This document shows, piece after piece, positions 38,741 through 48,107 of a stretch of 61,799 nt of DNA. Origin of the DNA: a virus. Its lineage: Duplodnaviria; Caudoviricetes. The position numbers and the translations under genes are program-made. A model generated the notes under the pieces. That model saw nothing but the letters and a program-made list of their open reading frames with translations, searched no databases and had not been told where the DNA came from. The stretch's first letter is position 1, and each line of letters begins with the position of its first letter. Where the stretch lies: positions 1-61,799 of IMG/VR virus record IMGVR_UViG_3300037634_002056; one strand, given 5' to 3'.

Positions 38741-39082
38741 TTATAGCCCGCAACTTTTTATAGATGCGTTACTTGGGCACCCGCCACATTCGTCTGACTG
38801 TGGATTCGATACTTCTAACGTAGACCCAAATTCGTCTTTTTCGATGGTTATAGTTGCGCCATATAGATACATAAAGCTTACATCATCTATTACTAACTTA
38901 CAGCCATTCTCTAGATCAATAACTTCATCACCTGGGACCAAATTATCTGGGTCGGCAAAATACCATCCATATTGATATCCAGAACAGCCTGCACCTATAA
39001 TTGCTAACCGTGGATATTGATTGTCATTTTCTTGACTTGATTTTAATAAATGCTCTTTCGCTTCTTGTGCAACATTAATCAT
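38741..39082 (-). CDS. HesB/IscA/ErpA-type Fe-S cluster carrier
   Basis: GAGCSGYQY, IDDVSFMYLYG, NP...CGGC (variant of CGCG). Confidence 0.85.
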   Translation of the reverse strand: MINVAQEAKEHLLKSSQENDNQYPRLAIIGAGCSGYQYGWYFADPDNLVPGDEVIDLENGCKLVIDDVSFMYLYGATITIEKDEFGSTLEVSNPQSDECGGCPSNASIKSCGL

Positions 39083-39094
39083 ATATTTTATCTC

Positions 39095-39808
39095 CTAGTG
39101 ATAACAGACCATTGGTCTAATTTTACAATACCAGTCTGGCATGTCTGATGGGTTAACAGTATGAAAGAATACTTCTTCAAGCTCTTGCCACCCTTGCCAT
39201 AAGAAGTAAATTCCTAAAAATATCATTGCAAATTTACTAATAGTAAAGAATAATTTGACTGGTATTTGCAACATTACTCGTTTAAGTATAATATATAGAA
39301 TAAATAATGCAACTAACGCCACCACGCCACCTGTTATAATAACATCTGATTGTTCAATATCACTTAGGAATAATGCATTGTAAAACAATACAATTTCAAA
39401 TCCCTCGCGTAAAATGGCAAACATTACCGTTGCTGATAAAGCCAATGCAGTACCAGTTGATACATTCTGTTCAATACCATGTTTAATATGCTGTTCAGGT
39501 CCGTGACACCACCACGCTACATAAAATAGCATTAATGCAGCAATAATCATGGTAATACCTTCGAACAGTTCTTCATGCTCATGCGTGGCTTCTGCTATTA
39601 CGCTAAATCCAGTAGCTACTAGTATACTCAACAAGATTCCAGAAAACACACCATACCAGACATATCTATTTTTATCACGCACATTAAGAATTTCCAGATA
39701 TGAAAAAACTAACATAACAATTAGCATTGCTTCTAATCCTTCGCGGAATATAATAAAAAATGAGCCTATAAAGGCCAGTACTTCTGCATTTGTTAAAAGA
39801 TCAGTCAT
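39095..39808 (-). CDS. FTR1/EfeU-family iron permease
   Basis: two REGxE motifs (REGLE, REGFE); multiple TM helices. Confidence 0.9.
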   Translation of the reverse strand: MTDLLTNAEVLAFIGSFFIIFREGLEAMLIVMLVFSYLEILNVRDKNRYVWYGVFSGILLSILVATGFSVIAEATHEHEELFEGITMIIAALMLFYVAWWCHGPEQHIKHGIEQNVSTGTALALSATVMFAILREGFEIVLFYNALFLSDIEQSDVIITGGVVALVALFILYIILKRVMLQIPVKLFFTISKFAMIFLGIYFLWQGWQELEEVFFHTVNPSDMPDWYCKIRPMVCYH

Positions 39809-40082
39809 TTGTTTTCTCCATATTAATTTTCACTACAACGGGGTCTAAGATGGTCCCAATGTCTTTTGATTGTAACATATCCCTTAGTTTAAAAGAGAAT
39901 TGTAATAGTTCATCATGGGTTTTGAATTTGTCTAAGAATTGTATATTCTCACCACGCCTGAGCATTTTAATATAATCTATAAAACCTGAATCAACCCATT
40001 GATAAGGTGAATAAAGTCCCATTGTAAAATATTCCAGTGAACTAATTTTTTCGTCATTTGTCATTTTATTAATCACCATCAC
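39801..40082 (-). CDS. hypothetical protein
   Basis: 93 aa, overlaps both neighbours in operon. Confidence 0.55.
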   Translation of the reverse strand: MMVINKMTNDEKISSLEYFTMGLYSPYQWVDSGFIDYIKMLRRGENIQFLDKFKTHDELLQFSFKLRDMLQSKDIGTILDPVVVKINMEKTND

Positions 40083-40419
40083 CAGGTCTTTCGTCTAGTA
40101 ACTTGATTTTATTACCACCAGCATATCCTAACACTGGATTCATTTTATCTGAATCTGGCAGCGGATCTTTCCGTGCTGTGATTACTGGCCAAAGTCTACT
40201 ATATTTGTCATTAAAGTCGACCCATGACGCCCCTTCTTTAGTTGTGTCAGGTAAAATAGCACCTGTCGGGCATTCAGGCTCGCAAACACCACAATCAATA
40301 CATTCATTTGGACGAATTACTAATGTATTTGCTCCTTCATAAAAGCAGTCTACTGGACAAACTTCTACACAATCGGTATATTTGCATTTAATGCATGCAT
40401 CATTAACTATATATGTCAT
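40069..40419 (-). CDS. fdxA: dicluster ferredoxin (FdxA family)
   Basis: [21 protein letters not shown] ... [12 protein letters not shown]. Confidence 0.92.
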   Translation of the reverse strand: MTYIVNDACIKCKYTDCVEVCPVDCFYEGANTLVIRPNECIDCGVCEPECPTGAILPDTTKEGASWVDFNDKYSRLWPVITARKDPLPDSDKMNPVLGYAGGNKIKLLDERPGDGD

Positions 40420-40922
40420 TCGATTAAGTTCTCATTCCATTCTCTATGGCCTTCACGATACGCTACATTGCTCTGTGTTTCACGTACTTCAACTTTAAAG
40501 CACCATAACCGCTCGGCTTCTGCTTCACCCCACATATCTGGAATATAAACACCATTGATATATCGATATAGCATATCAGCAAGTCCTTCGCACCCTAACT
40601 TAGGTAGAATGGTTAGTTTAGCAATACCACGCTCTTGCATTGTTTTGTATAGTTCTAACTCTGGATCATCTTCTGACACTAACAAGGTATGATCAAAAAA
40701 ATCTTTAAGTACACTTTTTAGTTCTTTTAATCCGCCATAATCAGCAGCCCAATTACGAACATCAAGTTCATTAGTACCAAAATAAAATTTCATACTAAAT
40801 GCATAACCATGGATTAGGTTACAATGGGAGTCAGCTTTCCACTGACGATATGCTACAGGAAAAGCATCTACATATTCTTTTGTAGACACATATTTATACG
40901 CTACTGGTACAATTTCATTCAT
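40416..40922 (-). CDS. queD: QueD/6-pyruvoyl-tetrahydropterin synthase family protein
   Basis: [24 protein letters not shown]. Confidence 0.8.
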   Translation of the reverse strand: MNEIVPVAYKYVSTKEYVDAFPVAYRQWKADSHCNLIHGYAFSMKFYFGTNELDVRNWAADYGGLKELKSVLKDFFDHTLLVSEDDPELELYKTMQERGIAKLTILPKLGCEGLADMLYRYINGVYIPDMWGEAEAERLWCFKVEVRETQSNVAYREGHREWNENLIE

Positions 40923-40989
40923 AATTTATCCTTATGTTGTTGTAAGGAGCGGAGTATTTTAAGAGGGGCGATCCTAGATTAGTCCTCTG
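40923..40989 (-). ncRNA. candidate cis-regulatory RNA (preQ1-I-like architecture) in queD leader
   Basis: AGAGG-ACTAATCTAGGATCGCC-CCTCT-TAAAATACTCC then TCCTTA-caacaaca-TAAGGA hairpin over the SD. Confidence 0.45.
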
Positions 40990-41006
40990 AATATTTACGT
41001 TAAATT

Positions 41007-41035
41007 ATTATAGACTATATAGTGTTGGAAGTCAA
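41007..41035 (-). promoter_or_regulatory. sigma70 promoter of queD operon
   Basis: TTGACT-17 nt-TATAAT. Confidence 0.75.
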
Positions 41036-41066
41036 GCGCCATAGTTTTTAATTTGCATAAATATTT

Positions 41067-41735
41067 ATGTTAAAAGGAAAAACTAATATGAAACTAACAT
41101 ATAATCATTTTTTCCAATTTGGCGATCATATTCGACTTACCCAATCTATAGACACAGCACGATTTGCACAAGATTTGGAAGAATTTGATAACGACTGGAA
41201 TCAATATAATGAATTTAAACCACACATTAGACGAGAAGGTCTTTGTATATTAAACGAAGATGGCATTATCAAACGAGGACCTGCAATTAGTAGTATACTT
41301 GAATGGAACAAAACATATGGAACATCATGGTCTGAAGACGATTTTGTCGTTCCAACTCCAGTATATCATAAAAGTATAGATATGCAAAATCTATTAGGGC
41401 CAATATTGCCATATATTTGCAGAACTCATATATTAAAAATTAAGCCTGGTGGATTTTTTCCGCCGCATCGTGATGCATATTATAGGGGTGGAATAGAATG
41501 CAGGACTTTTCGATTACTGATGCCGTTATATAATACAGAGGCACCATGGTTTCGATTTATGGTTGGCGATGCAACATTACCCTGGGCAAATGGTGACCTA
41601 TATGCTGTCAATACACAGAAAGAACATACACTGTTTAATACTAGTATTGATAAAGATAGTTACTGGATTGTAATTAATGCGAAAGTATGTGAAGAAATGT
41701 TTAACTATGTAACTTCAAATTTATCAGTTCGTTAA
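41067..41735 (+). CDS. Fe(II)/2OG oxygenase (Asp/Asn beta-hydroxylase-like)
   Basis: PGGFFPPHRD, FRLLMPL, NTQKEHT; ATAAATA at 41057-41063; alternative start at 41088. Confidence 0.7.
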   Translation: MLKGKTNMKLTYNHFFQFGDHIRLTQSIDTARFAQDLEEFDNDWNQYNEFKPHIRREGLCILNEDGIIKRGPAISSILEWNKTYGTSWSEDDFVVPTPVYHKSIDMQNLLGPILPYICRTHILKIKPGGFFPPHRDAYYRGGIECRTFRLLMPLYNTEAPWFRFMVGDATLPWANGDLYAVNTQKEHTLFNTSIDKDSYWIVINAKVCEEMFNYVTSNLSVR

Positions 41736-42406
41736 TGTAAATATTCCCACAGATCAACAGCACAATCACGCCATTCTGACTTATATGTAGAAAACGGCAT
41801 GCCTTCGGAATATCGCAAAAATTCCCAATCATTGACAATGTATTCTGGACTGATTACTGGATTCCATTCTGCGTCGCGCTCTTTTGCATGCGAACTAAAT
41901 GCAGGATAAGTCATAAAATCAATAGTAGGAATTTCGCCAAAACATAATTCAGCTACAATATCTTCTAGATCTAGGTTTGTTAAATTGATGTGTCTTGGTA
42001 AGCCATAGTCTGGCGCATTAAAATAAATGTAGATTCCAGGTATTGGATCATTATTACGTCTGCATAATACGTCATATCGTCCGCTGCCAGGATGGGCACG
42101 CCAGCGATTATCCCAAGGCTCGTGCAACACTTGTGGTAAAAATTTTATAGTTTGTCTTTCTAAATAGAAAATTTTACATGCATCTTCTAATAGAGTTCTG
42201 TCTGACATTGAGTTATCAAAAGTGTTTGTTACTATAAACTGTTCGGCTTGCTCTAAACTTATATTTTGTTTAAAATCATTGTATAATTTCTTTGTGGCAG
42301 TAGGATCATGATGAACATATTCGCGTATATTCGGTATTTTGCATAATCGCCCGCCATTTATACGATGATATTCAAGCCAATTGTATAATACTTCGTAATT
42401 AATCAT
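41732..42406 (-). CDS. hypothetical protein
   Basis: 224 aa; HPGSGR. Confidence 0.7.
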   Translation of the reverse strand: MINYEVLYNWLEYHRINGGRLCKIPNIREYVHHDPTATKKLYNDFKQNISLEQAEQFIVTNTFDNSMSDRTLLEDACKIFYLERQTIKFLPQVLHEPWDNRWRAHPGSGRYDVLCRRNNDPIPGIYIYFNAPDYGLPRHINLTNLDLEDIVAELCFGEIPTIDFMTYPAFSSHAKERDAEWNPVISPEYIVNDWEFLRYSEGMPFSTYKSEWRDCAVDLWEYLH

Positions 42407-42575
42407 AATAATTTTGCTATGCTATTGTGCCATCCTTGACCAGGATGTATATCGTCACGAGCTCTTGGCGGATCAGCTGCCAATTCCATTTCAAAGGATT
42501 CCTGGCGATTGGCGATTCTTTACCTTTTGGAAATGTATTTGGACAATATAAATTTGTACTGTTGGATAGCAAATT
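42403..42575 (-). pseudogene. C-terminal remnant of SGNH-like gene
   Basis: ...SKR*RIANRQESFEMELAADPPRARDDIHPGQGWHNSIAKLL* (ARDxxHPG); stop overlaps next ATG. Confidence 0.5.
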
Positions 42576-42578
42576 CAC

Positions 42579-43205
42579 TTAATCCCACCGATAAAATATA
42601 TGTGCTCCAATACGACCAACTAAATTCATATTTTTACTATTCTGCCAATAAGGTGCTACATATGTTGCATGGTAATGAGTAGAACCTTCTGTAAGTCCAC
42701 GGTGGGCACCACCATGCATCATTTCCCAAGCAACTGTTTGTGCTTTTACCCAATTCTCACTGCCCATTGGAATGTCATCTGCCTTTCCGTCACAATACCA
42801 GCTGAACTGACACTTATTGCGTATTGGAATATATATACGTTCTTCTGGATTTAAATCTGGATATTGTTTTGTTTTCCAACTTTCTTTTAGTTTTGCATCT
42901 TTAACAACACCACAAACGGTATTAGGATAACGAGCATCTTGGACACGATTTAAAGTAACATCAGCAACGGCAATCATGCCTGCTTTATTATCTACGCTAG
43001 CCTCAAAGAAAATATTTTGTGCTAAACAAAATTCTTGTTTGTAATCTTGTGGACTATAAAGAAAAAACTCTTTATCATCTCGGTCAAAATGTACTATGGG
43101 GGCTGTAGCGGCAGAATTGCTAGCACTTGCATTAGCTTCTACAATAGCATATGCGCTGCCTAAACCAATGGCAATAACAAGACCTAATGCATCAGTTACA
43201 TTCAT
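42579..43205 (-). CDS. cell wall hydrolase (SleB/Hydrolase_2 family)
   Basis: CLAQNIFFEA, VTLNRV, CQFSWYCDG, THYHA, IGAHIFY; N-terminal signal/TM. Confidence 0.9.
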   Translation of the reverse strand: MNVTDALGLVIAIGLGSAYAIVEANASASNSAATAPIVHFDRDDKEFFLYSPQDYKQEFCLAQNIFFEASVDNKAGMIAVADVTLNRVQDARYPNTVCGVVKDAKLKESWKTKQYPDLNPEERIYIPIRNKCQFSWYCDGKADDIPMGSENWVKAQTVAWEMMHGGAHRGLTEGSTHYHATYVAPYWQNSKNMNLVGRIGAHIFYRWD

Positions 43206-43234
43206 AATATAGTTCCTTTTTACTGGTTATATCC

Positions 43235-43263
43235 ATTATAAGGTAAGACGTATTGAATGTCAA
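43235..43263 (-). promoter_or_regulatory. early promoter copy 5
   Basis: TTGACA-ttcAATACGTCTTacct-TATAAT. Confidence 0.85.
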
Positions 43264-43982
43264 GTATTGGAATACTTATTTTTTAATATGTTTGCGGTAT
43301 GTACGTGACTTTTTACATGATGTACCTTGCCACGTTTGTTAATTTGAATACTATGTGCAATACTAAAATCATTGCCGTTGATGTCACAGCGATCACCGAA
43401 AAATATCAACTCGTCGTAATCATCAAAATCTTTTAATATTTGTGATTTATCACAGCCAACTGGAAATATATCAAGCCCCGTTTCACCACCAACAGATGAT
43501 ATAATACCGTGATGTTTATATAATGAATTAAATTGTTCTGCTATGTTCTCACGCTCGCAATGTTTACGATCCCACAGCACATATTGTTGCCTTTCAACTA
43601 GTGATATTCCTCGTCCAGGAATACTAAAATTTAACATGCCTGGACGAATTTCAAAATGCTCGCCATTTTTGTTTTTAAATTTGCTTTGATTTAGCTCATG
43701 GCGTAGAAAGTTCATTGGAGCAGACGGCAACTCCCATGTATTACTATATACATTATTATCTTTTTCCCATACGTCATTGCCACTACAATTATAAACACGT
43801 TGGCAGCTATTGTAAATAACTTCACCAATTTGTTCAATTGTTTTTGGTCGATCACTGCCTGTTACTAGATATACATCGTTTGCATTACAAAACGCCTTAA
43901 ACCAAACAGCAAACTTTTTATCCATTGATTGTCTGCTTGGTGTTAAGGTTCCGTCTACATCAAATATATATGCAGTTGCCAT
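43260..43982 (-). CDS. HAD-IIB phosphomannomutase-like protein
   Basis: FDVDGTLTPSR, VTGSD, RPGMLNFS, GGETGLDI, FFGD...GND. Confidence 0.85.
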   Translation of the reverse strand: MATAYIFDVDGTLTPSRQSMDKKFAVWFKAFCNANDVYLVTGSDRPKTIEQIGEVIYNSCQRVYNCSGNDVWEKDNNVYSNTWELPSAPMNFLRHELNQSKFKNKNGEHFEIRPGMLNFSIPGRGISLVERQQYVLWDRKHCERENIAEQFNSLYKHHGIISSVGGETGLDIFPVGCDKSQILKDFDDYDELIFFGDRCDINGNDFSIAHSIQINKRGKVHHVKSHVHTANILKNKYSNT

Positions 43983-43984
43983 AT

Positions 43985-44281
43985 TTAATCGCTGCCCAAT
44001 TTGTCAAGAAAGGCTTGTTGTTCTTTCTTATATTTCTTCCATTTATCTCTAAATATATCAACAATCACGTCACCCCACATTAACATTGCAATAGTAAGGA
44101 TACTAAATATTTTCCGTTCTTTGTCAAGATCTTCAGCCGCGGGCCATTCAAATAAACCAGTTAGCGGATATACAGCAATGCCAATACAAACATATATAAA
44201 TAATCGTTTTTGCCATGGAGTTATTTTTGACCATGCAAAATTCCATTTGAGGAATCCTATAATGTCTTTAATTCGGCCCAT
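43985..44281 (-). CDS. hypothetical membrane protein
   Basis: 98 aa, hydrophobic segments. Confidence 0.65.
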   Translation of the reverse strand: MGRIKDIIGFLKWNFAWSKITPWQKRLFIYVCIGIAVYPLTGLFEWPAAEDLDKERKIFSILTIAMLMWGDVIVDIFRDKWKKYKKEQQAFLDKLGSD

Positions 44282-44283
44282 GT

Positions 44284-44550
44284 CTAATCAGCCTGGTTAT
44301 TAGTTTTAGATTCTTCGTCGAAACGTACAAGAACCTCATCATACGTGCCAGTTTGCTCATTGAACACTTGTGAAGTTTTAATGTAGCCTTCATCAATCAT
44401 CATGTTTACCCATGCTCCAGCTAAGTCTTCACTAAGTATAATTTGATCAGTTCGACCCTTTAGTCGACCCAAGTAAAATAAGATAAAACCGAGGCCTACC
44501 CCGATCCATCCTTGTGCATTAAAAATATAATCCCAATCCATATTAAACAC
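44284..44550 (-). CDS. hypothetical membrane protein
   Basis: 88 aa, one TM. Confidence 0.65.
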   Translation of the reverse strand: MFNMDWDYIFNAQGWIGVGLGFILFYLGRLKGRTDQIILSEDLAGAWVNMMIDEGYIKTSQVFNEQTGTYDEVLVRFDEESKTNNQAD

Positions 44551-44815
44551 CTCTAATTAAATAATAGTTAGCACCAGAACGTAATAGTGACCAATCAGTA
44601 CTAGCAGGTTGTTTACTAGTACTAAGTTTTTTCATTTCTAGCTTTGTGAATTTACGTCCTGATTTATAAAAAGTCTTTGGTTTGATAAAAGTCTTAATAT
44701 CAATATCGCCTGCTTTGCGGAAGGCAAATAATTTGCCATCATCATTGATAATATATGTGTGGCGTTTGAATTCACCACCAGTCGTTTCTAACAATGCTTG
44801 CATAGTAATTCCCAT
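44543..44815 (-). CDS. hypothetical protein
   Basis: 90 aa; LLETT...HTYI...GRKF. Confidence 0.65.
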   Translation of the reverse strand: MGITMQALLETTGGEFKRHTYIINDDGKLFAFRKAGDIDIKTFIKPKTFYKSGRKFTKLEMKKLSTSKQPASTDWSLLRSGANYYLIRGV

Positions 44816-44836
44816 TTGAATTTCTATTATAATAGG

Positions 44837-44886
44837 GTGATTCCGAATGCCCAGTGGAAAAGATGAACAAGGACACTCGGAATCAT
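44837..44886 (-). other. intergenic hairpin
   Basis: TGATTCCGAGTGTCC-18 nt-GGGCATTCGGAATCA on minus strand, two G-U pairs. Confidence 0.55.
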
Positions 44887-44888
44887 GT

Positions 44889-45239
44889 TTAGTCTAAACG
44901 TGATCCAGCATGCGCTGCAAAACCATATTTATTAAGCACCTCGGCATATGCCCTAGCACCTACTTCTTTAATATCAACGTTTTGGCCACCGTAATTACTT
45001 GGATTCCACACACTAAATGCTCTCGTCCAGTCTTGCTTAATACCAAGCTTCTTAAGAGTGCGGCCAACTTTAGTATTACCTTTGATTTTTTGACCGTCAA
45101 GCATATAGATGTTAACCCATGCAAAACCACAACAACCCTTCCCATCAGTACCATACTGATTATATAGGTCATTTGAAGCTTTTTCTGCCGCTACTGATGC
45201 TTCGTCTAAAATTACTTGAATTTGGTTTGCAGTATACAT
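44889..45239 (-). CDS. hypothetical phage protein
   Basis: CGFAWV, QNVDIKE, SRLD C-terminus; GAGGAG RBS. Confidence 0.75.
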   Translation of the reverse strand: MYTANQIQVILDEASVAAEKASNDLYNQYGTDGKGCCGFAWVNIYMLDGQKIKGNTKVGRTLKKLGIKQDWTRAFSVWNPSNYGGQNVDIKEVGARAYAEVLNKYGFAAHAGSRLD

Positions 45240-45251
45240 AATAATCTCCTC

Positions 45252-45545
45252 TTATTTTGCATTAGCCAAATCTTGTTTCATCGCTTCAAGGTTAGCCCTT
45301 TGCTTTAGCTTGAGGGCACGTTCATCTAAGACCCGCATCAAGTCCCACTTGCTTGAACCTGATACTATCACTCCCTGACGGGTTTGGGCCGTCAGTGTTC
45401 CTATACCATGGTTTTCGACCACAGAATACCATTTCTGATCAGCCTTCCAAGCATAAAGATTGCGGGCCATTATTCTACCGGTTTCTACATGTACATACTC
45501 TTGGTCACCAAACTCATTAATGCCGTTCTTTTCAAATATTTTCAT
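45252..45545 (-). CDS. hypothetical protein
   Basis: 97 aa directly after promoter copy 6. Confidence 0.7.
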   Translation of the reverse strand: MKIFEKNGINEFGDQEYVHVETGRIMARNLYAWKADQKWYSVVENHGIGTLTAQTRQGVIVSGSSKWDLMRVLDERALKLKQRANLEAMKQDLANAK

Positions 45546-45576
45546 AATCTTGGTCTCGTGGTTAACTTATACTTAT

Positions 45577-45605
45577 ATGATACAGTAAGACGTATTGGTT
45601 GTCAA
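45577..45605 (-). promoter_or_regulatory. early promoter copy 6
   Basis: identical to copy 1 over 44 nt (TTGACA...TAAGTTAA). Confidence 0.85.
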
Positions 45606-45618
45606 CCTTTTTTTAGAT

Positions 45619-46590
45619 TTATTTTAACCTATCATTTGCTATTTGTTCTGCGGCATGCTGTATTGGCATTCCTTCATCTGATGCTATATTAAATATGCTA
45701 TCTATTCGTACAGTTAGTTCGTGCGTTAATGCATCCTTATAATCTTTTTTCTCAAAATCTAATGCGGCGGCGACCACACCACCACAGTTAGCAACGAAAT
45801 CTGGAACATACTTGATGCCCATATTGTGTGCCGTGATAATATCGTTACGAGTGCCAAATACGTTATTTGCACTACCACATACATATTTTGATTTGATTAA
45901 TTGGAGTGATGATTCATTTAGCGCACCACCTAATGCACAAGGAACATAAAATTCGCCTTGTAGCAATGCAGTTTCTTCTATATGAGTAACACCTTCTAAA
46001 CTATCGACAAATGGATCATAAGCTTCTATTTTACCATCTAGCATTTTGATTAAATGTTTGCCAACTTTGCCAAGTCCCTGTACTGCAAATGTCTGATCTT
46101 TTATTTCTAGTCCATCTTGCTTGAGCAATGTTTTAATACTAGTATGTACTCCTAATGCTGTTGGTAGACTAGTATCTAATGTTATGCCTGTCACATATGA
46201 TGTTGTATCATTCACTCTATATAGATCGTCAACTCCTGTACCGACATCACCAGCACATATATATGCGCCGTCGTGAAGATTTACGGCTTTACCAAGCATT
46301 TGATATGCTAAGTCTCTGTCTTTAATTTTGAGTGCATTTATAGTAGTTTTGGCGCCACCATGATTTAATCCTGATGCCGCATTTTTGAATGTCATGCCTT
46401 CACTAAGGCGTAATGCGTCTGTTAGTTGTGATTCGAAAGTTTCATAGTTATAACATCTAATTCCGCCAATGGCTGGTCCTAATTTTGTGCTATGTATAGC
46501 AATTATTGCATCCAAGCCCGACTCAAGATGTTCAACATGTAATACTCTTTCGTATCCATCAATAGACATTTCGGTTCGTTTAATTAACAT
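45619..46590 (-). CDS. Glu/Leu/Phe/Val dehydrogenase (leucine dehydrogenase-like)
   Basis: HSTKLGPAIGGIR, LRLSEGMTFK, GGAK, DVGT, QGLGKVG, PCALG, GSANN, PDFVANCGG. Confidence 0.92.
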   Translation of the reverse strand: MLIKRTEMSIDGYERVLHVEHLESGLDAIIAIHSTKLGPAIGGIRCYNYETFESQLTDALRLSEGMTFKNAASGLNHGGAKTTINALKIKDRDLAYQMLGKAVNLHDGAYICAGDVGTGVDDLYRVNDTTSYVTGITLDTSLPTALGVHTSIKTLLKQDGLEIKDQTFAVQGLGKVGKHLIKMLDGKIEAYDPFVDSLEGVTHIEETALLQGEFYVPCALGGALNESSLQLIKSKYVCGSANNVFGTRNDIITAHNMGIKYVPDFVANCGGVVAAALDFEKKDYKDALTHELTVRIDSIFNIASDEGMPIQHAAEQIANDRLK

Positions 46591-46621
46591 TTTTTTCTCC
46601 TAGTAGGATAACTATGTTACA

Positions 46622-47338
46622 TTAATATTTATCCTGGGTACTCGAATCATGCCACTTACATACATCTTCTGGTGTGTTTATTTCAATGCCATCAAAATCT
46701 ACTTTATAAGAATGCATTATTCTGCCGTGATGTAACCATCGCAATTGTTCAAGTCCTTCTATGCTTTCTTCTGGCGATGGATCCATTTCATTATAATTAG
46801 TAAGCGATTCCCATTCATATCCATAAATGCCTAAATGATGGTGGCCGTATGTAAAGCCTCTGCCACACCATTGAACTTCGTTAAATCTATTTAAAATTAT
46901 CTTAACTGTATTAGAATCATGGATAGCGTGGTCTGGCAATGCAGTATGCAATGTAACTAATTCGCAACCGTCATAATACAGCCCTGCATGAATTTTATTG
47001 ATCATATTAACATTAACATCTGGCATATCGCCCTGGACATTAATAAAATAGTCATACTTGAGCATTCTGTCATCATTCAATGCCATAGAACAACGCCCAG
47101 TTCCATTTGTTATTTCTTTATTGTCATCAAAAATAACCATTGATGGATCAAACAAACTAGCAATTCGATCATCATCAGTTAACACATATGTATCAAGTCC
47201 ACTCATTTTACAGTTGAATGCAACTATTTTTATCATTTCAACGTTATTAAGTTTAACAAGTGGTTTGCCTGGTAGCCGTGAACTATTGTAACGTGCTGGA
47301 ATTAATATTGCCGGATCTTTTGATTTAATAAATGACAT
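46622..47338 (-). CDS. kdsB: CMP-KDO synthetase (3-deoxy-manno-octulosonate cytidylyltransferase)
   Basis: IPARYNSSRLPGKPL, GTGR, INVQGD, HLGIYGY, LEQLRW. Confidence 0.9.
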   Translation of the reverse strand: MSFIKSKDPAILIPARYNSSRLPGKPLVKLNNVEMIKIVAFNCKMSGLDTYVLTDDDRIASLFDPSMVIFDDNKEITNGTGRCSMALNDDRMLKYDYFINVQGDMPDVNVNMINKIHAGLYYDGCELVTLHTALPDHAIHDSNTVKIILNRFNEVQWCGRGFTYGHHHLGIYGYEWESLTNYNEMDPSPEESIEGLEQLRWLHHGRIMHSYKVDFDGIEINTPEDVCKWHDSSTQDKY

Positions 47339-48107
47339 TGCTAATCTGCACTATGTCTGATACTACTTTTTCAAAATCCTTTAGGTATAACATGTTAGGC
47401 CCGTCACTTGGTGCTAAATCAGGTTCAGGATGGACTTCCAAGAAAAAGCTTCTAATCCCAATAGCAGCCCCGCCACAAGCCAGCCTAGGCACGTAATTAC
47501 GAGAACCGCCTGAGCTAGTTCCCTGTCTGCCTGGTTTTTGGGCAGAGTGTGTAACATCAAAAATAATATCACTGTTAAAATTGTCGAGCATATACATAAG
47601 ACCAGTATAGTCAACGATAAGATTGTTGTAACCAAAACTTGTTCCTCTCTCTGTTATCCAGACATCTTTTGCACCTGATGTTTTAGATAGGATGCCTGCC
47701 ACATCCCATGGTGCAAGAAATTGTCCTTTCTTTATATTTACTATTTTGTTTGTAGCACATGCAGCCTTAATTAGATCAGTTTGTCTACACAAAAAAGCAG
47801 GTATTTGTATTACATCTACAGCATCAAACCAGAGGGCTGAACAACGCCAACTGTGTATATCAAATGCACTGTGAAAGTCGGTAACTATGTTTACACCAAG
47901 TTCTTCCTTTAGTGCTACAAAGTCATTCATTGTATCTCGCAAACCAAGTCCGCGTTCTCCAGATATGCTTGTGCGGTTTGCTTTATCATAACTTGCTTTG
48001 AAATAATATTCGACGCCATATTCATCACATACACGCTTGCATTCTGTTGCAATCTCTAAGCTTTGCTCTAGTGACTCATGTTGGCAAGGCCCTGCTATAA
48101 TTCTCAT
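47325..48107 (-). CDS. kdsA: KDO-8-phosphate synthase
   Basis: IAGPC, KASYDKANRTS, QIPAFLCRQTDL, KKGQF, ERGTSFGY, DVTHS, SDGP. Confidence 0.93.
   Translation of the reverse strand: MRIIAGPCQHESLEQSLEIATECKRVCDEYGVEYYFKASYDKANRTSISGERGLGLRDTMNDFVALKEELGVNIVTDFHSAFDIHSWRCSALWFDAVDVIQIPAFLCRQTDLIKAACATNKIVNIKKGQFLAPWDVAGILSKTSGAKDVWITERGTSFGYNNLIVDYTGLMYMLDNFNSDIIFDVTHSAQKPGRQGTSSGGSRNYVPRLACGGAAIGIRSFFLEVHPEPDLAPSDGPNMLYLKDFEKVVSDIVQISNVIY

Noticed and set aside
20537-48107. Bacterial chromosome or contamination as the source of the metabolic genes
   Set aside because: They are interleaved with phage-type genes and the phage-specific promoter repeat, with similar AT-richness
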